Below are positions 12,081-25,840 of a stretch of 64,000 bases of DNA, in pieces (positions within the stretch are counted from its first letter, which is position 1; each line of letters begins with the position of its first letter). The notes under the pieces are model-generated. The model saw only the letters and a list, made by a program, of their open reading frames with translations. It did no database searches and had not been told where the DNA came from. The position numbers and the translations under genes are program-made. Source of the DNA: Lama guanicoe (lineage: Eukaryota); the NCBI GenBank assembly GCA_013239625.1, contig MU056146.1, positions 3,905,812 to 3,969,811 of the forward strand, in the 5' to 3' direction.

Positions 12081-13199
12081 CTGGGAAGAAAACAATAAAG
12101 GCATCCATCTGCGAACTGCAGGTAAATGTCTACCTTTCGTATGTACATGCCCAGCCTTCTTTGCCGGCCTGTGTTATCTGCACATTGAATACATCTCTGA
12201 TCGCTGTGTACCAAGGCCCTGGCTGTACGAGGGGCTTCATCTCTGTTCCCAGGGAGCTCGTGGCCCAAGACTGACAACACTGATAATGTGAACAGCTGAG
12301 GGGACATGAGCCATGACGTGAAATCATACAGGGAGAAGCAAGGATAAAGGATCAAGGCTTCTCCTACAGAGCAGTTCCGACCCCAGGCGGTCCGGTCCTT
12401 ACACGACCATATACACCATCCAGTTGGAATGTGCACGCCACAGGCCACCTTAATTATTTTACACACCCAGCAGCTAGCACAGTCTTTGGCCCTTAGCAGG
12501 TTCTCACATATTTATTGATATTTATTGAGAAATGGGAGGTAGAGGGGTTGAGAGTAGAGAAAAAGAAGAAGGGAGGGGGAAGGAAGGAAGCAATAGATGG
12601 AGGGAAAGAGGGAGAAACACAGAAGACAGACAGATCCAGAGATTCAGACAGATTCATCTTTAGAGACAGGGAAGATCATAGAGTAGATAAGAATTCAAGA
12701 ATTTGTTTTCAATTAGTTATGGAAAGATACTTAAAGCGATTTCTGAAGTTGCTTAAATAGAGGAGGAAAAAAAAAACCCTTGGTAATTAACACTAAGGAC
12801 ATTCCAAGCCTATGGCCTGGAAGTGCAGACAGGGATGTGCAGATCAAATGAAAGGGAGGAGGGAATGTGTGAGAGGACCACAAAGAACGCCTGGAGCAGC
12901 ATTTCCGCACTGGCTAGGTGTTTTTAAAAACACTCAACACATGCTAGAGGCTGTGTTAAGCACTTCATCTTGTTGAATCCACACCACGACCTCACAGATA
13001 CATGTTTCCACCCTGTTGTTCAGATGGGGAAACTCAGGTCTAGAGAATGAGTAGCTGACTCAAATGCAGACAGCTGGAGGGGGAAGAGCACTGACTGAAC
13101 CTTCTTGTCTTCAAAGTCAATGCTCTCAAACTTATGTCATGAAATGCATTATTAATAAATAGACTTGCAAATAATCAAGCAGCCTCCGCGCTTTAAGAA

Positions 13200-14110
13200 A
13201 TCAATCAGCAAATCAAAAAGCAACAGCAATGCACCTATCAGAATGGCCAAAATCCAGGACATGACAACCCCAAATGCTGGCAAGAATATGAAGCAGCAGA
13301 AGCTCTCATCCATTGCTGGTGGAAATGCAAAGCGGCACAGCCACTTTGGAGGACAGTCTGGAGGTTTCTTACAAAACTAAACATACTGTTACCAAACAAT
13401 CCAGCAACTGCATTCCTTGGCATTTACCCAAAGGAGCTGAAAGCTTCTGTCTACACAAAACTGCACACAGATGTTCATAGCAGCTTTATTCATAACTGCC
13501 AAAAGTTATGAAAAAGTTATGCTTGGAAGTAACCAAATTGCCCTCCAGNNNNNNNNNNNNNNNNNNNNNNNNNNNNNNNNNNNNNNNNNNNNNNNNNNNN
13601 NNNNNNNNNNNNNNNNNNNNNNNNNNNNNNNNNNNNNNNNNNNNNNNNNNNNNNNNNNNNNNNNNNNNNNNNNNNNNGCCAATCTGGAAAGGCTATAAAC
13701 CTATACGGTTCCAATTATATAACATTCTGGAAAAGGCAATGGAGATATTGAAAAAAAAATTAGGGGTTGTAGGGAGGGATGGAGGGATGAATAGGCAGAG
13801 CACTGAGGATTTTTACATCAGTGAAACTATTCGGTATGACACCATAAGGATGGTCACATTTCGTTATACCTTTGTCAAAACCCATAGAATGCACAACACC
13901 AAGAGTGAAGCATAGTGTAAACTGGGGGCTTCAGGTGAAGAGGGCATGTCAGTGTAGGTTCCGTAACTGAAACAGATGCACGGCTGTGGTGCAGGATGTT
14001 AATAATGGGAGAAGCTAAGCACACGGGGGTGGGCAGGGGGTATCTGGGAACTCTCTGTACTTTCTGCTCAATGTTGCTGTGAACTTAAAACTACTCTAAA
14101 AATAATCTAT
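13200..14110 (+). mobile_element. Old L1M ORF2 end / 3'UTR (with N-run)
   Basis: L1 3' motifs, e.g. ATGTTCATAGCAGCTTTATTCATAA. Confidence 0.75.
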
Positions 14111-17100
14111 TTACATTTAACAGACAAATAAACAATAAAAACAAGTTAATGCTCTTAATCACTACATTGCAAAGTCTTCCCTCTGAAATGTTCTGTGCTC
14201 ATATGAGGCTGGACAAACACTAGGTTGAACCAAGCTAAAAAAGTTTAAAAAGACTAAAAAGAACCTTTCATATCCTAGTGGATGCTAAGAATCTCTCCCC
14301 AGGAGAACACTGTCAAGAAACTTCCTCACATTTTTACAGACCACTGGGAGAATACTCCTCAAAAGCAGTTTGGGAAACGCTGAGCTGGAAAATACAAGGA
14401 AAAGCCAGGAAAAATGTCCAGGGGTCTGGGTGGAGATTTAGGGTCAATAATATGGGGGCTCATTCCAGGACCCAAGTAAAAGGGGACATAAGAAAAACTA
14501 AGGGGGGGCATCATTTTGATACCGGAATTCAGGACTGTCCAGAAAGGTACAGAAAAGAGTTTGCTGAGCGAGGAATGAGAGTCGAAGCAAGGGGTCACCA
14601 GAAGTTATTTCAAAAAGCTTGTGGCCCTTGAGCTCATTTCTTGTGACTTTCTACCATTTCAAGTGTTACGGCTTTTTCTCTATCAGTCCATATTACCCCG
14701 TCCTCCTTTCATTATGTGACCATTCTACAATGCCCTGAGCTTAAAGAGCCTTCTGTTGGGTCAAAAAGGGCATGCCACCATTTATTTGTGGTTCCCTTTG
14801 AACTCCTACCAATGTTATTTAAAAACAAAACCAAAAAAAGACTGCCAAGAATCTAGGTAAAGCAATAAAAAGTTGGCAAACACAATTTCCCTTAAACAGA
14901 GAAATACAATATGTGCATTGTAGGAACAGTAGGCACCAATCATGTGGAATAATTAATAGGTCTCGGGCACAGATTACTCAACCTGACTGAATCTGCCCCT
15001 CTGTTAGGGCTTAAGAGAAATGGAGGAAGAAGTAAGCAGCTCCTGAACCAGCAAAACCAACAGGCAAGGGAGCAGCGTAGCCTGGCGGCTGCACAGACAC
15101 TCCACACACAAGCACATGGGATGAGGTGCCTCCCTCAGCACCAGGTGAGACCCCTCCTCCTTCCTCCGAACCACCAGCAGCCAGTCTTCCTCTCTATCAC
15201 CACCTGCAGTGGCCGAGTAAACGCCTACGCCTTACATTGTATTCCAGCCAGAAGGCCACTGAAACTCCCCCAGCTGCCTGGAACACAGGAGGCTTGAAGG
15301 AGCAAGGACGAAGAATCACCCCCTCTTAATAAGGGAGCCTGAATCCTGTCTCTAAATACCAATGTTCTAAAGATGCCCTGAAGAATAAGAGTAAAACTTC
15401 AAGTTGTAAGAGCAGTGTTTCAAAGCATGTATCCAAAACACAGTTTTCTGGGGTCTGGGGGCATTAATTCCAAACTACGCATGTCCCAGACCTACCTACT
15501 GAACCAACGCTCAGTGGGTGGAGCTCGGCATGAGCATTTTAGAAAAGAGCCTCGGGTCATTCTGAAGGGCGCCTCTGGTTAGGAACTACTACCTTAGAGC
15601 ATCTCAGAGGAAAGATTCAACGTTCCTACAAAAAGCAACCACTCTGAGTTGTCACCGACTGTTCCCCTCCCCTGCTGCTAAGCGCCCAAAGCGTGACAGG
15701 TGAGCAAGGCGGCGAGGCAGGCAAGCGGGACCCTGAGGTTGAGAAGGCCTGGGTTCAAATATTGTGTTCATACCAACAGACGGCTCCTTCCACCCTGCTC
15801 TTCTGAACCCTACAATCAACGTTTTCCCCATCCACAAAAAAAGGAAAATAAAAGTCTGAGTGATCCCCTTGTTGGCTATCTATTGACCTTCTGCATTTAT
15901 CCCGCAAATATTTAATGAGCGCAAACCACACTTGAGGCACATTACTAGATGCAAAAAAAAAACCAAAAAAAACAAAAAAACGAGGAGTAAATAGACAAAG
16001 CCTTTCCCTCACAGGGCTCATGATCTGGTTGGAAAGATAGACAATAAATAAATAAACTAATCAACTATTTAAAATAGTGATCAGAGCTACACTTGTGATG
16101 AGAATAATAAAGGGAGGGGACCACCTACTTGGATGTTCTCTGGTGACTTCAAGTCTCTTAAAGGAGGGAAATGAAAGCAGGAGAGATGCTCTCCTACTGG
16201 CCTTAAAGAAGTCACAGCCTGGGTGTGAACTGCAGACCTGAGGGTCTCACTTCCACCGTTAACCATAGGGAACTGCACATCATGATCATCTAAACAGGCT
16301 TGAGAGAGGATCTGCAGGAGCGCCAGGTGAGAACACAGCTTGGCTAACACCTTGAACGTAGCTCATGAGACCCTGAGCAGACGACCCAGCCAAGCCGTGC
16401 CTAGACTGCTATCCCTTGAAAACTGTGAGATAATACATTTGTGGCAATTTGCTACACAGCAGAGAAAGTTAAATCAGAGGTGAAGGAGCCAGCCAGATAA
16501 AGGGCAAGCGGAAGGACCTCCTAGCAGTGAAAACCACGTGTAAAAAGAGAAAAAGGCTGCATGTTCTATAAATTACCAGAAGGCCATCGCAGCTAGAAAG
16601 AGTTAGGTTCAGAGGGAGGATGAGGATGAGGCTACAGTGGTGGCCAGTGGCCAGACCATTCCGTCTGTTCTACAGAGAGCAGGTTACGAAAGGGGAAGGT
16701 TGGAATTGGGAGACCAGTTGTGGGGCTAGAAATGGTGGGAGTTCAGTGGAAGTAGAAGCAAGAGAAATGTCCAGAAGGACATGGATATGAGATATGCAGT
16801 ACAACCTGCCGATAGGCTGGAACTGGGGATTGAGGGAGAGACAGGAATCGAGGCGTGCATCTGAGTGGACTAGGATGCCGCCAACCAAAAGGAAATCACC
16901 TCTGGGAACAAACCATTTTAGATGTGCTATATTTAAGAACTGTGGAGATGTCAAGTATAAAGCTGGCTATCTCATCTGGAGATCAGATGGGACCAGCTTA
17001 GGCTGAAGAAATAAACATCGGGATTATTTCCACCCAGAGCCACTATTCCACTTTAACAAATCCTTTCAGTTCAGTCCCTGGAGCACCAGAACTATGAGAA

Positions 17101-17187
17101 ATAAATTTCTGTTTATAAGCCACCTAGTCTATGTTGTTTTGCTACAGCAGCCTGAAAGGGGATACAAAGGGCTATAAAACCCATACA

Positions 17188-17348
17188 CAGGGGGAAAAGG
17201 GAGTGGGAAGGGATAAACTGGGAGCTCAAGATTCGTAGATACTAACTACTATATATAAAATAAACAACAAGTTTCTTCTGTATAGCACAGGGAACTATAT
17301 TCAGTATTTTGTAGTAACTTATGGTTAAAAGAATATGAAAACGAAAAA
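17188..17348 (+). mobile_element. L1 3'UTR fragment with TSD
   Basis: Same family as the 37707-38029 copy; flanked by AAAACCC(C)ATACA direct repeats. Confidence 0.75.
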
Positions 17349-17554
17349 AAAACCCCATACAATTTAAATTTAAAAAATAAACAGAAGTTTTCCTATCTTA
17401 AAACCTCAAATAAACCTACTTTAGATTTTCTGCACTATTGTAAGAGGCATTCTGACACCTAAATTTCTGATGTACTCAGATGAAGGAGAATCAGTGTTAT
17501 AATTAATTTTTGTTTCCATTAAAATGACTTTAGTGTGAACAATCCTTGTTTTCA

Positions 17555-17848
17555 CAGGCATACCTCGGAGATATTGTGGGTTCGGTTCCAGACCATGGCA
17601 GTGAAGCCTATATCACAATAAAGTGAGTTACATGAATTTTTTGGTTTCCCAGTGCATATTAGTTATATTTACACTATCCTGTGGTCTATTAAGTGTGCAG
17701 TAGCACTGTCTTAAAAAAGTATATTCTGAATAAAAAACACTTTATTGCTAAAAAATGCATCATCATCTGACAATGGAGGATTGCCACAAACCTTCGATTT
17801 GTAAACAGTGCAGTTATCTGCAAAGTGCAGTAAAACGAGGTATGCCTG
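17555..17848 (-). mobile_element. Tigger1-derived non-autonomous DNA transposon
   Basis: 13-bp TIRs CAGGCATACCTCG / CGAGGTATGCCTG; TA on the right flank. Confidence 0.9.
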
Positions 17849-18317
17849 TATTTAAAACTTTAGATTGCCACTCCATGATGCGAAAAAAATTAGAAATGTA
17901 TTCAACAAGGAAGAAATGATTAAATAACCACCGATATATCCAGATCATCATGTAGCCATTAAAAAATTATGACTTTGAAGACTTTTAAAACATAGGAAAT
18001 GATTATGCTTTATTAAGTTAAAAAATGTATAAAGTTATAGGCATAAAGCGTAATTCAACATTTGTGGGACTATATGCTTGGGTTTCTGTTCTTACAGAAA
18101 CACAAAATTTACAGCATAGAAAAAAGACTAAGAAATTATAACAAAGTAGTGATACTGGTTATCTTTGGTATTGGAAATAAAAGTAATTTTAATTTTTGTT
18201 ACATATTTCTCCACAATTTTTTTAAAGTGGACAAATACTACCTTTATTGTAAAGAATTAGGAAATATTCTTTTCAGAAAGACCCACTTTTTACAGGCCAT
18301 TGGCTTCTTACACTTAC

Positions 18318-18380
18318 CCGGCTCTTCTCTTTTTTGTGTTCCTGATGTAGAGCCTGCACTCGGGCTGTCCACTTGCTTTC
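18318..18380 (-). CDS. DZIP1: DZIP1 exon (ESKWTARVQALHQEHKKEKSR)
   Basis: Read manually (absent from ORF track); TTCCTAG acceptor, CGG|GTAAGT donor; 63 nt. Confidence 0.95.
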
Positions 18381-20081
18381 CTAGGAAACAGGAAAACGAG
18401 AAATTTACGTGCAACTGTAACAATGATATCTACTCAAAATGAAAGCTTCCTTTTTAGTGAGCACCTATGAAACCCAACTATTTATTGGGTAAAATTTTAG
18501 CAGGCATTTTAAAAAAATATAAATACAGTCAGAAATGTTTAAACACATTTGCACTTGGTTTTAATCTTATACTCTGAGGCAGCGGTCAGCAAACATTTTC
18601 AGAAATGTTAAGGGACCAACAGTAAACACATTAGGCCCTGGGGTGAGATGATTGAGCCACTCCTACTAGCAGGAGAACAGCCATAGACAATACATTCTAG
18701 TGTGGCTGTGCTCCAGTAAAACCTAAATTAAACAAAATGAGTGTTGGCTTGCCAACCTAAGAAGCTAGAAGGTTTCTGAGCCCATGGGGTCTGAAACTCA
18801 CAGAGCTTATAGGACAGAGACAGAAGAAATTTAGGTGAGATCTGAGGATTTCATAATTGAGTCCTTCACCTCACGAGAGAGCAGCCTTCTGGGAGCAACT
18901 GCCAACAGCTCAGCTCAGGACACAGTTCCTGGTCCCCTCCTGAGTACCAGGCTCCTCGCTGGGCAGCCCCTGGCAGGCTGGGAGAGAACTCAGACGGGCC
19001 TTGCCCTGTCCAGGAGGAAAGTTGGCACAACAATGGAGGGTTCCCACGTGATGTGTAAGTGGCCAGGTCCTGCCTGGAGGACTACAGTAATGCAATAACC
19101 CAGAGGTCCAGGAGAACCCTCTAGAAGAGGTGCCGTCCCAGCTGAATGAGCAAGTGACAGGTCCTAAAAACTGGGAGGTGGTGACAAAGATGGCCACATC
19201 CCAGGAACCGTGACTGGTTTGGTGCTGCCAGAGTGTCGCAGTAAAGCCAAGGATGGTGGAGGGGGTTGGGGTGGGGTGGCAGGGCCCGGATCCTCAGGGA
19301 CTCTGAATGCTGGTTAAGGGTTCAAGACTTTGTTCTGTGAAAAAGAGGGAGCCGTTGAAGGATTTTAGACAGGATGGTGACGTGGGCAGCCTGGCTGCAA
19401 CACGAAAGGTAGAAGTGGGGGAGAGAGGCAAGACCAGCAGCAGTGGTAGTAGTCTGTATGCAAAAACACTTACTTTTAAAAATAACATAATATTGCTTTT
19501 AAAAAAAAGTCCTGAACTCATAAGCTTATGAAACTCTATTTGGTTCCTGGCTTTAAAAAAATTCCCCTAAAACAGTGTGACTAAAATAGCCAGGATAAAG
19601 GCTGTACTGTTTACTGAGGTTCACTTCCAGATAATTGCAATTACATTTGACAAATGTAAAAGATCATCAGTTCACCAATGCAGCTGTATATTTAAGCTCT
19701 CAAAAAAGGTCAGTGCTTCAGTGTGCCATTCTATGCCTTTTGAAAGTGAGCAACATCTGAAATATGAAAAATAAATACTAAGGTAATGGGAACCAATTCG
19801 AATAGGTATTCAAGGCAAAGTTAAACAACTTTGCCAAACTGTTCTGTATCCACATCAGTCAGCAACTATCTAATGAACACCTATTATGAATTACACACTG
19901 GAAACTAATACAACGTTATAAATCAACTAGACTTCAATTTAAGAAGGAGACAAGGGAAAAAAAAGACTTAGTTACCTACGCCGTCACTGAAAGAGACACT
20001 CTTCCCGTAGATGATGCTTCCTGTAGGTTTTCACTAAGAGAGATTAGGCCTCTACTGCAGTGATCACGCACTTTTACCTAC

Positions 20082-20219
20082 CTGACTGTCAAGAAGTTGC
20101 ATCACATTTTGGAAATCCTGGGGACACTGAGGACGTTCTTCTTTAAACTCATGTGCATCTTTTAATGTGCCTATGTTAGACTTAATCTGCATATTGGACT
20201 TCTGAATTTCTGACAATTG
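20082..20219 (-). CDS. DZIP1: DZIP1 exon ([17 protein letters not shown]...QLLDSQ)
   Basis: Protein similarity; TTTTACAG acceptor, CAG|GTAGGT donor; 138 nt. Confidence 0.96.
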
Positions 20220-20649
20220 CTGTAAAATAAAATTCAAAATCACTGGCATGAGTGTTCATAGCTTTATAAAACTGAAAAAGAACACAAAATTGGAGCACAT
20301 CTGACTTTCCTCCCAGACTGTCATCCTGTTTCTCCTTCCCAGCGGTTTCCCTGTTTCGTTTCTTCCAACAGAAGAATGCACACAGGGTGAAAAAGGGAAA
20401 GGAGAACCCAACTTTCTAATCTTGGACAATGGGGCTTTACAAATGTGGTGGGGATGTCCCGGTCACCAGAAACAGAGGAACTGGGTATAGCTCATTCTCA
20501 GGATAATTTAGTGACAAGGTCAGCATCATCCAGAGACCACTAGGGACAAAACATTTTAACTTTCTTTGTTTGTATGTTATTCCCAAAGAGACAGTCAGTA
20601 AATACCCTCAGAAAAGCACAGAAGGTAATTTGTTAACTTCAAAAACAAA

Positions 20650-21785
20650 AGGATGAGGGAGCACAGTAAGTCTCCACCACTTACGTCCAGGCTGCACACG
20701 GAGACTTCCTTTCAAAGAGCACAGTATGGAAAGGGGCGGGGAGGATGGGGGAGTAGCTTTCAGTGGAGAAACCTGACAACCGCCACCTCAGCCAGGTGGT
20801 CAAGGGCAACGTCAGCAGTCATACATCACATACATGGTGTGTGCCCTTGACACGATGTGAGGAAAACTGTATTTTAACTCTGAGGACGTCTTCCCCCAAA
20901 CTCATAAACCCAGCCTAACCATAAGAATATCAGATAAATGCCAATAGAGGGGGCATCCTACAATACACCTGACAGGTCCACCTGGAAATTGTCAAGGTCA
21001 TCAGAAACAAGTCTGAGAAACCATTCCAGACAAGACGAGCCTAAGGAGACACGGCAGCTAAATGTACTTGGGTATCCTGGATAGAATCGTGGGACAGAAA
21101 AAAAAGCTACGTAAAAGCTAAAGAAATCGGAATGAAGCATGGACTTAGTTAATACTACTGTGTCAGCATTGGTTCGTTAATTGTAACAAGTGTACCATAC
21201 TTATTTAAGACATTGGTCATATGGAAAACTGTGCACAGAGTAGAAGAGGGGGATTTACATGGAACTGTTGGGTCAATTTTTCTGTAAACCTGATACTATT
21301 CTAAAACATAAAGTCTATCGTTAATAACAATTTTTAAAACCGTCTTTGCTGAAAAGAGGAAACAGCCCATATGTTCATCAACTGATGAATGGATAAATAA
21401 AATATGGTATAACCATACAATGGAAAATCATTCCGCAATTTAAAAAAATGAAATACTGATACATACTACAATGTGGATTAATCCTGAAAACATTATGATA
21501 AGTGAAAGAAGCCATCCATAAAAGGTCGCATATCGTATGGTTCAATTTATATGAGATGTCCCGAACAGGCAGACCCGTAGAGACAGAAGGCAGGGCTGTG
21601 GTTGCCAGGGTTGGGGAGGCAGTGCCAATGCGTACAAGGTACCTCCTTTGGGTGATGAAATGTCCTAAAATGACTGATGATGGCTGCATAACTCTGTGAA
21701 TGTAGTAAAAAAAAAAACCACTGAACTGTACACTTTAAGTGGGTGAATTGTATGGAATGTAAACTATATCACAATAAAGCTGTTT
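20650..21785 (+). mobile_element. Two old L1M 3' fragments (L1MC/L1MB-like)
   Basis: Recognisable L1M 3'UTR motifs ending ...ACAATAAAGCTG. Confidence 0.65.
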
Positions 21786-22314
21786 TTTTTCTTTAAAGAT
21801 ACAGAGAGTGAAAAAAAGTCCTATGTGGGGAAAAGTCCAATTCCACTATGATTCTGAGGGCAGGGATAACCATGGAGGGAATCTCAGGCAAAAGAACTGT
21901 AATTGGCAGTTTTATCACAAGGGGAAAAAATGATTGTGGGCTGGATGGAAAAGACATAAGCCAGCCTTTAATTGGTTAGTATCAAAATCCATTACTGTGG
22001 GTAATGTGACATCCCACTTTGAGAAGGGGCCACAGGTGTGAGTTCAGGAGAAGCCCCTGGAACAGGGGTGGTAAAATAACTACTGCCTAAGGGTTCTGAT
22101 GCTTAGAACCAAGAGAAGTGATATGGGGATAATGGAACCAACAAGGAGTTGCCTGAAGGAAGCCCTACAGAAAAGATACAATGAACCATCTCAAGTTAAC
22201 TTCCCCTCAACTTTTTACTTGCAAATTATAATTTATGGAAAAGTTGAAAGAATATTACACCCATTTCACCTTCATCAATTGTTAATCTTGTAACATATTT
22301 GCTTTATAAAGATA

Positions 22315-22655
22315 TGACAGCGGATAGCAACATTTCCTGTAAAGATCCAGACAGTATTTTGACTTTGGGAGATACATAAGGTCTTGGTCACAATCACTCA
22401 ACTCTATGGCTTCAGCAGAAAGTTCCATATAAAGATAAAGCTTAGAGGAAAGAGCATGGTTGTGTTCCAAGAAAACTTCACTTATGGACACTGAAAGGTG
22501 AACTTCAGACAATTTTCATGTGTCGTGAAATATTTTTTCTCTTGACTTTTTTCAACCACTTAAAAGTATAAAAACCTTTCATAGCTCGAGTACCATACAA
22601 AAGCAGGTAGTTTGCCAGATTTGGGTCACAGGTCATACTTTGCAGATCCCTGTGA
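22315..22655. mobile_element. MER58B-like hAT-Charlie element
   Basis: Recognisable MER58 ends and body. Confidence 0.65.
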
Positions 22656-23302
22656 TAGAGTTCAGGACGTTTTAGAGAAGGATCTTAGCAATATTCCAAA
22701 ACCATCCCTCTATCTTACTTTGTGAAACATGTTGGCCCCTAGAGGGAGCTCAAGAATCTTCCCTCACCTCCCTTGCTTCTCTGTGTGACCCAGGATGCTC
22801 CCACAGGAAAGGGATCACATTTAGCCACATCCAGCTCACTCAAACCCCCTTCCTCCTCACCAGCCAGGCCTGGGGGGAGGAAGGGGCCTGGCAAAGGTTC
22901 TCTGTCCTTCTGGGTTGGCTTCCTTCTCCTTCAACATTGGTGATTTATGTCAGCCTTTCTGGAAAGTTCCTTTGGAACTTTGGAATGTTCTAACACAAGG
23001 GGAGGTTTATGGTTTTGGTCTGTCTAAACCTAACCAGCTAAGAAAGATCCTCTCTGATCCAACCAAATGTACCAAGTGTTCAGCACTGGGTTTGGGGCCA
23101 AAACTCCCGCTCTCCAGGGAACGACTTTCTGACTTACTATTTTCCATATGCCTCAAGCTCCCGAGACTCTCAAGGAGGAGGGGTATCTGGGCCAGGGCAC
23201 AAAAGGAACTTCTGGATTCACAGGCCACACTGCCATTCTCACGCCGCCGCCCAAGGCCACAACTCTGTCAATGCTCTGAGGACTCCTAGGTTGGATACTT
23301 AC

Positions 23303-23464
23303 ATATTCCAATGCTGAATTCTTGGAAGTCAGTTCTTTAAACTCCTTCATAAACATTTCCTTGACTTTTTCCATTTCATCAACTAGTTTCTCCTTTTCTT
23401 CTTCTTTCCATCTATCGAATAACTTCAGAAATTCTTCCTCTTTTGTTTTCTGCATTTCATACTC
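23303..23464 (-). CDS. DZIP1: DZIP1 exon ([19 protein letters not shown]...SALEY)
   Basis: Near-identical to DZIP1; TTCAG acceptor, GTAAGT donor; 162 nt. Confidence 0.97.
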
Positions 23465-23959
23465 CTGAAATTGATTTTAATACATGACTTTAAAAGCTCT
23501 GATAGGAATCAAGTGTGCAGAAGTTTAAATAAATGGACATAGCTTCACTTCAAATGAGTCAGCTACTCTTGCATATTTCAATTAGGCTTTTTGTTTGTTT
23601 GTTTTTTTGCAAAACACTTCATATAATGGCAGGTCTATGTACAATAATTTTTCCAAACCAGAGGCAGCACACAGCATCCTTTTGTCCTTGCATCCCTTTA
23701 AATACAAAGAGGCCCAAAGTCTCAAAAAGTTCTATAATCTGTGAACTTGTAGAGTAGACATACAATCGTGTGTAAAATGTAAACATACTTCAAAAATCTA
23801 TTGAGAAGAACCTTTCTTGATACCATACCAATTTGGGTGGAGTAGCCCTACCTCAGCCCCATTAAACACAAACGCATTTTATATAAGCTAAATTCAAGGT
23901 CTAGTCAATCAGCCTTTGATTTCTTCACAACCTTCAGTGTTTGTTTGTTTTTGAACCTA

Positions 23960-25680
23960 ACTGGAGACCTCAACAAACTCCACCTAATAAACACACAGAA
24001 CACTGCACCTAGCAACAGCAAAATATATATTCTTGTTAAATGTACATGGAAGGTTCACCAAGACAGACTATATGTTAGGCCATAAAATGATTCTCACTAA
24101 ATTTTAAAAGATTGAAATCATGCAAAGTATCTTCTCCAACAACAGAATAAGGCCAGAAATCATTAACAGAAAGAAAACTGGAAAATTCACATATACATGA
24201 AAATTAAACAATATACTCTTAAACAACCAATAGGTCAAAGAAAAACTCACTAGGGAAATACAGAAATACTTTGGGATGAATAAAAATTAAAACAAACATA
24301 CCAAAAAAGGGAAGCAGACAAATCAGTGCTAAAAGGGAAATTTATAACTGTAAGAGCCTACATTAAAAAAGAAAGTTCTCAGGGGTGGGTATAGCTCAGT
24401 GGTAGAGCGCATGTTTAGCACACAGAAGGTCCTGAGTTCAATCCCCAATTTTTAAAAATCCTCTAATTTTTAAAAAAAAAGTAACCAAAAACATTTAAAA
24501 AAAGAAAGTTCTCAAGAGACAAAAAGGTCATTATATAAAGACAAAGGGGTCAACTCATCAAGAAGTTCTAACAATTGTAAATATATATGCATCGAATATT
24601 GGAGAAACTAAATACATAGGAGAAATAAACAGCAATACAATAATAGCGGGGGATTTTAACACCTTACTCTCAACAATGGATCTTCCAGACAAAAAATCAA
24701 TAAGGAAACACAGGACACTTGAGCAACATTATAGACCAAATGGACCTAACAGACGTATACAGAACATCCTATCCAGTAACGGCAGATTACAAATCCTTCT
24801 AAAGCATGTACAGAACATTCTTTAGGAGAGATCATATGTCAGGTCATAAAACAAGTCTTAACAAATTCAAGAAGGCTGAAATTATATCAAGTATCTTTTC
24901 TGACCACAATGTTACGAAACTAGACATCAGAAACAGAAAGAAAAATTTGAAAATTCNNNNNNNNNNNNNNNNNNNNNNNNNNNNNNNNNNNNNNNNNNNN
25001 NNNNNNNNNNNNNNNNNNNNNNNNNNNNNNNNNNNNNNNNNNNNNNNNNNNNNNNNNNNNNNNNNNNNNNNNNNNNNNNNNNNNNNNNNNNNNNNNNNNN
25101 NNNNNNNNNNNNNNNNNNNNNNNNNNNNNNNNNNNNNNNNNNNNNNNNNNNNNNNNNNNNNNNNNNNNNNNNNNNNNNNNNNNNNAGCTAGAAAGGAGAA
25201 TAAACTAAGCCCTAATTAGCAGAAGGAAGGAAATAATAAAGATTAGAGCCGAAATAAATGAACTACAGGACAAGAAAACAATAGAAAAGATAACAAATAA
25301 CTAAGAGTTGGTTTTTTGAAAAGATAAAATTGACAAACCTTTAGCTAGACTAACCAAGAAAAGAAAGAGAACTCAAAGTTACAAATGAAAGAGGGGACAT
25401 TACAACTGATACCACAGAATTCCAAAGGATCATGATAGCCTANNNNNNNNNNNNNNNNNNNNNNNNNNNNNNNNNNNNNNNNNNNNNNNNNNNNNNNNNN
25501 NNNNNNNNNNNNNNNNNNNNNNNNNNNNNNNNNNNNNNNNNNNNNNNNNNNNNNNNNNNNNNNNNNNNNNNNNNNNNNNNNNNNNNNNNNNNNNNNNNNN
25601 NNNNNNNNNNNNNNNNNNNNNNNGGCTTTGCTGGTGAGTTCTACCGAACATTTAAAAGGAATGAAAGCCAATCCTTCCCA
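23960..25680 (+). mobile_element. L1 ORF2 fragments (endonuclease and downstream), degenerate
   Basis: DHMSGHKTSLNKFKKAEIISSIFSDHN motif and typical ORF2 sequence; stops and gaps. Confidence 0.9.
24382..24497 (+). mobile_element. tRNA(Ala)-derived SINE, camelid vic-1-like
   Basis: A-box TAGCTCAGTGG, B-box GAGTTCAATCC, A-rich tail; 17-bp TSD AAAAAAGAAAGTTCTCA at 24365-24381 and 24498-24514. Confidence 0.85.
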
Positions 25681-25712
25681 ACAGACCATCGGTTCGGAAT
25701 TTGGTACCATAC

Positions 25713-25840
25713 CTTAGAGAACCGGACCGCGTGGGCGTGCTGCGCAGCCTCCAGCTGAGACTTGGTGAGCTGCAGCTGCTCCTTCAACATGTCAATCTCA
25801 TTCTGGAGCTTATCAGTCTGCACCCTTTTCTTATACTCCG
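25713..25840 (-). CDS. DZIP1: DZIP1 exon ([15 protein letters not shown]...AVRFSK)
   Basis: Coiled-coil similarity to DZIP1; TTGCAG acceptor, AAG|GTATGG donor; 128 nt restores phase 0. Confidence 0.95.

Noticed and set aside
24382-24450. Possible tRNA-Ala gene
   Set aside because: No 3' acceptor stem; the A-rich tail and TSD identify it as a SINE
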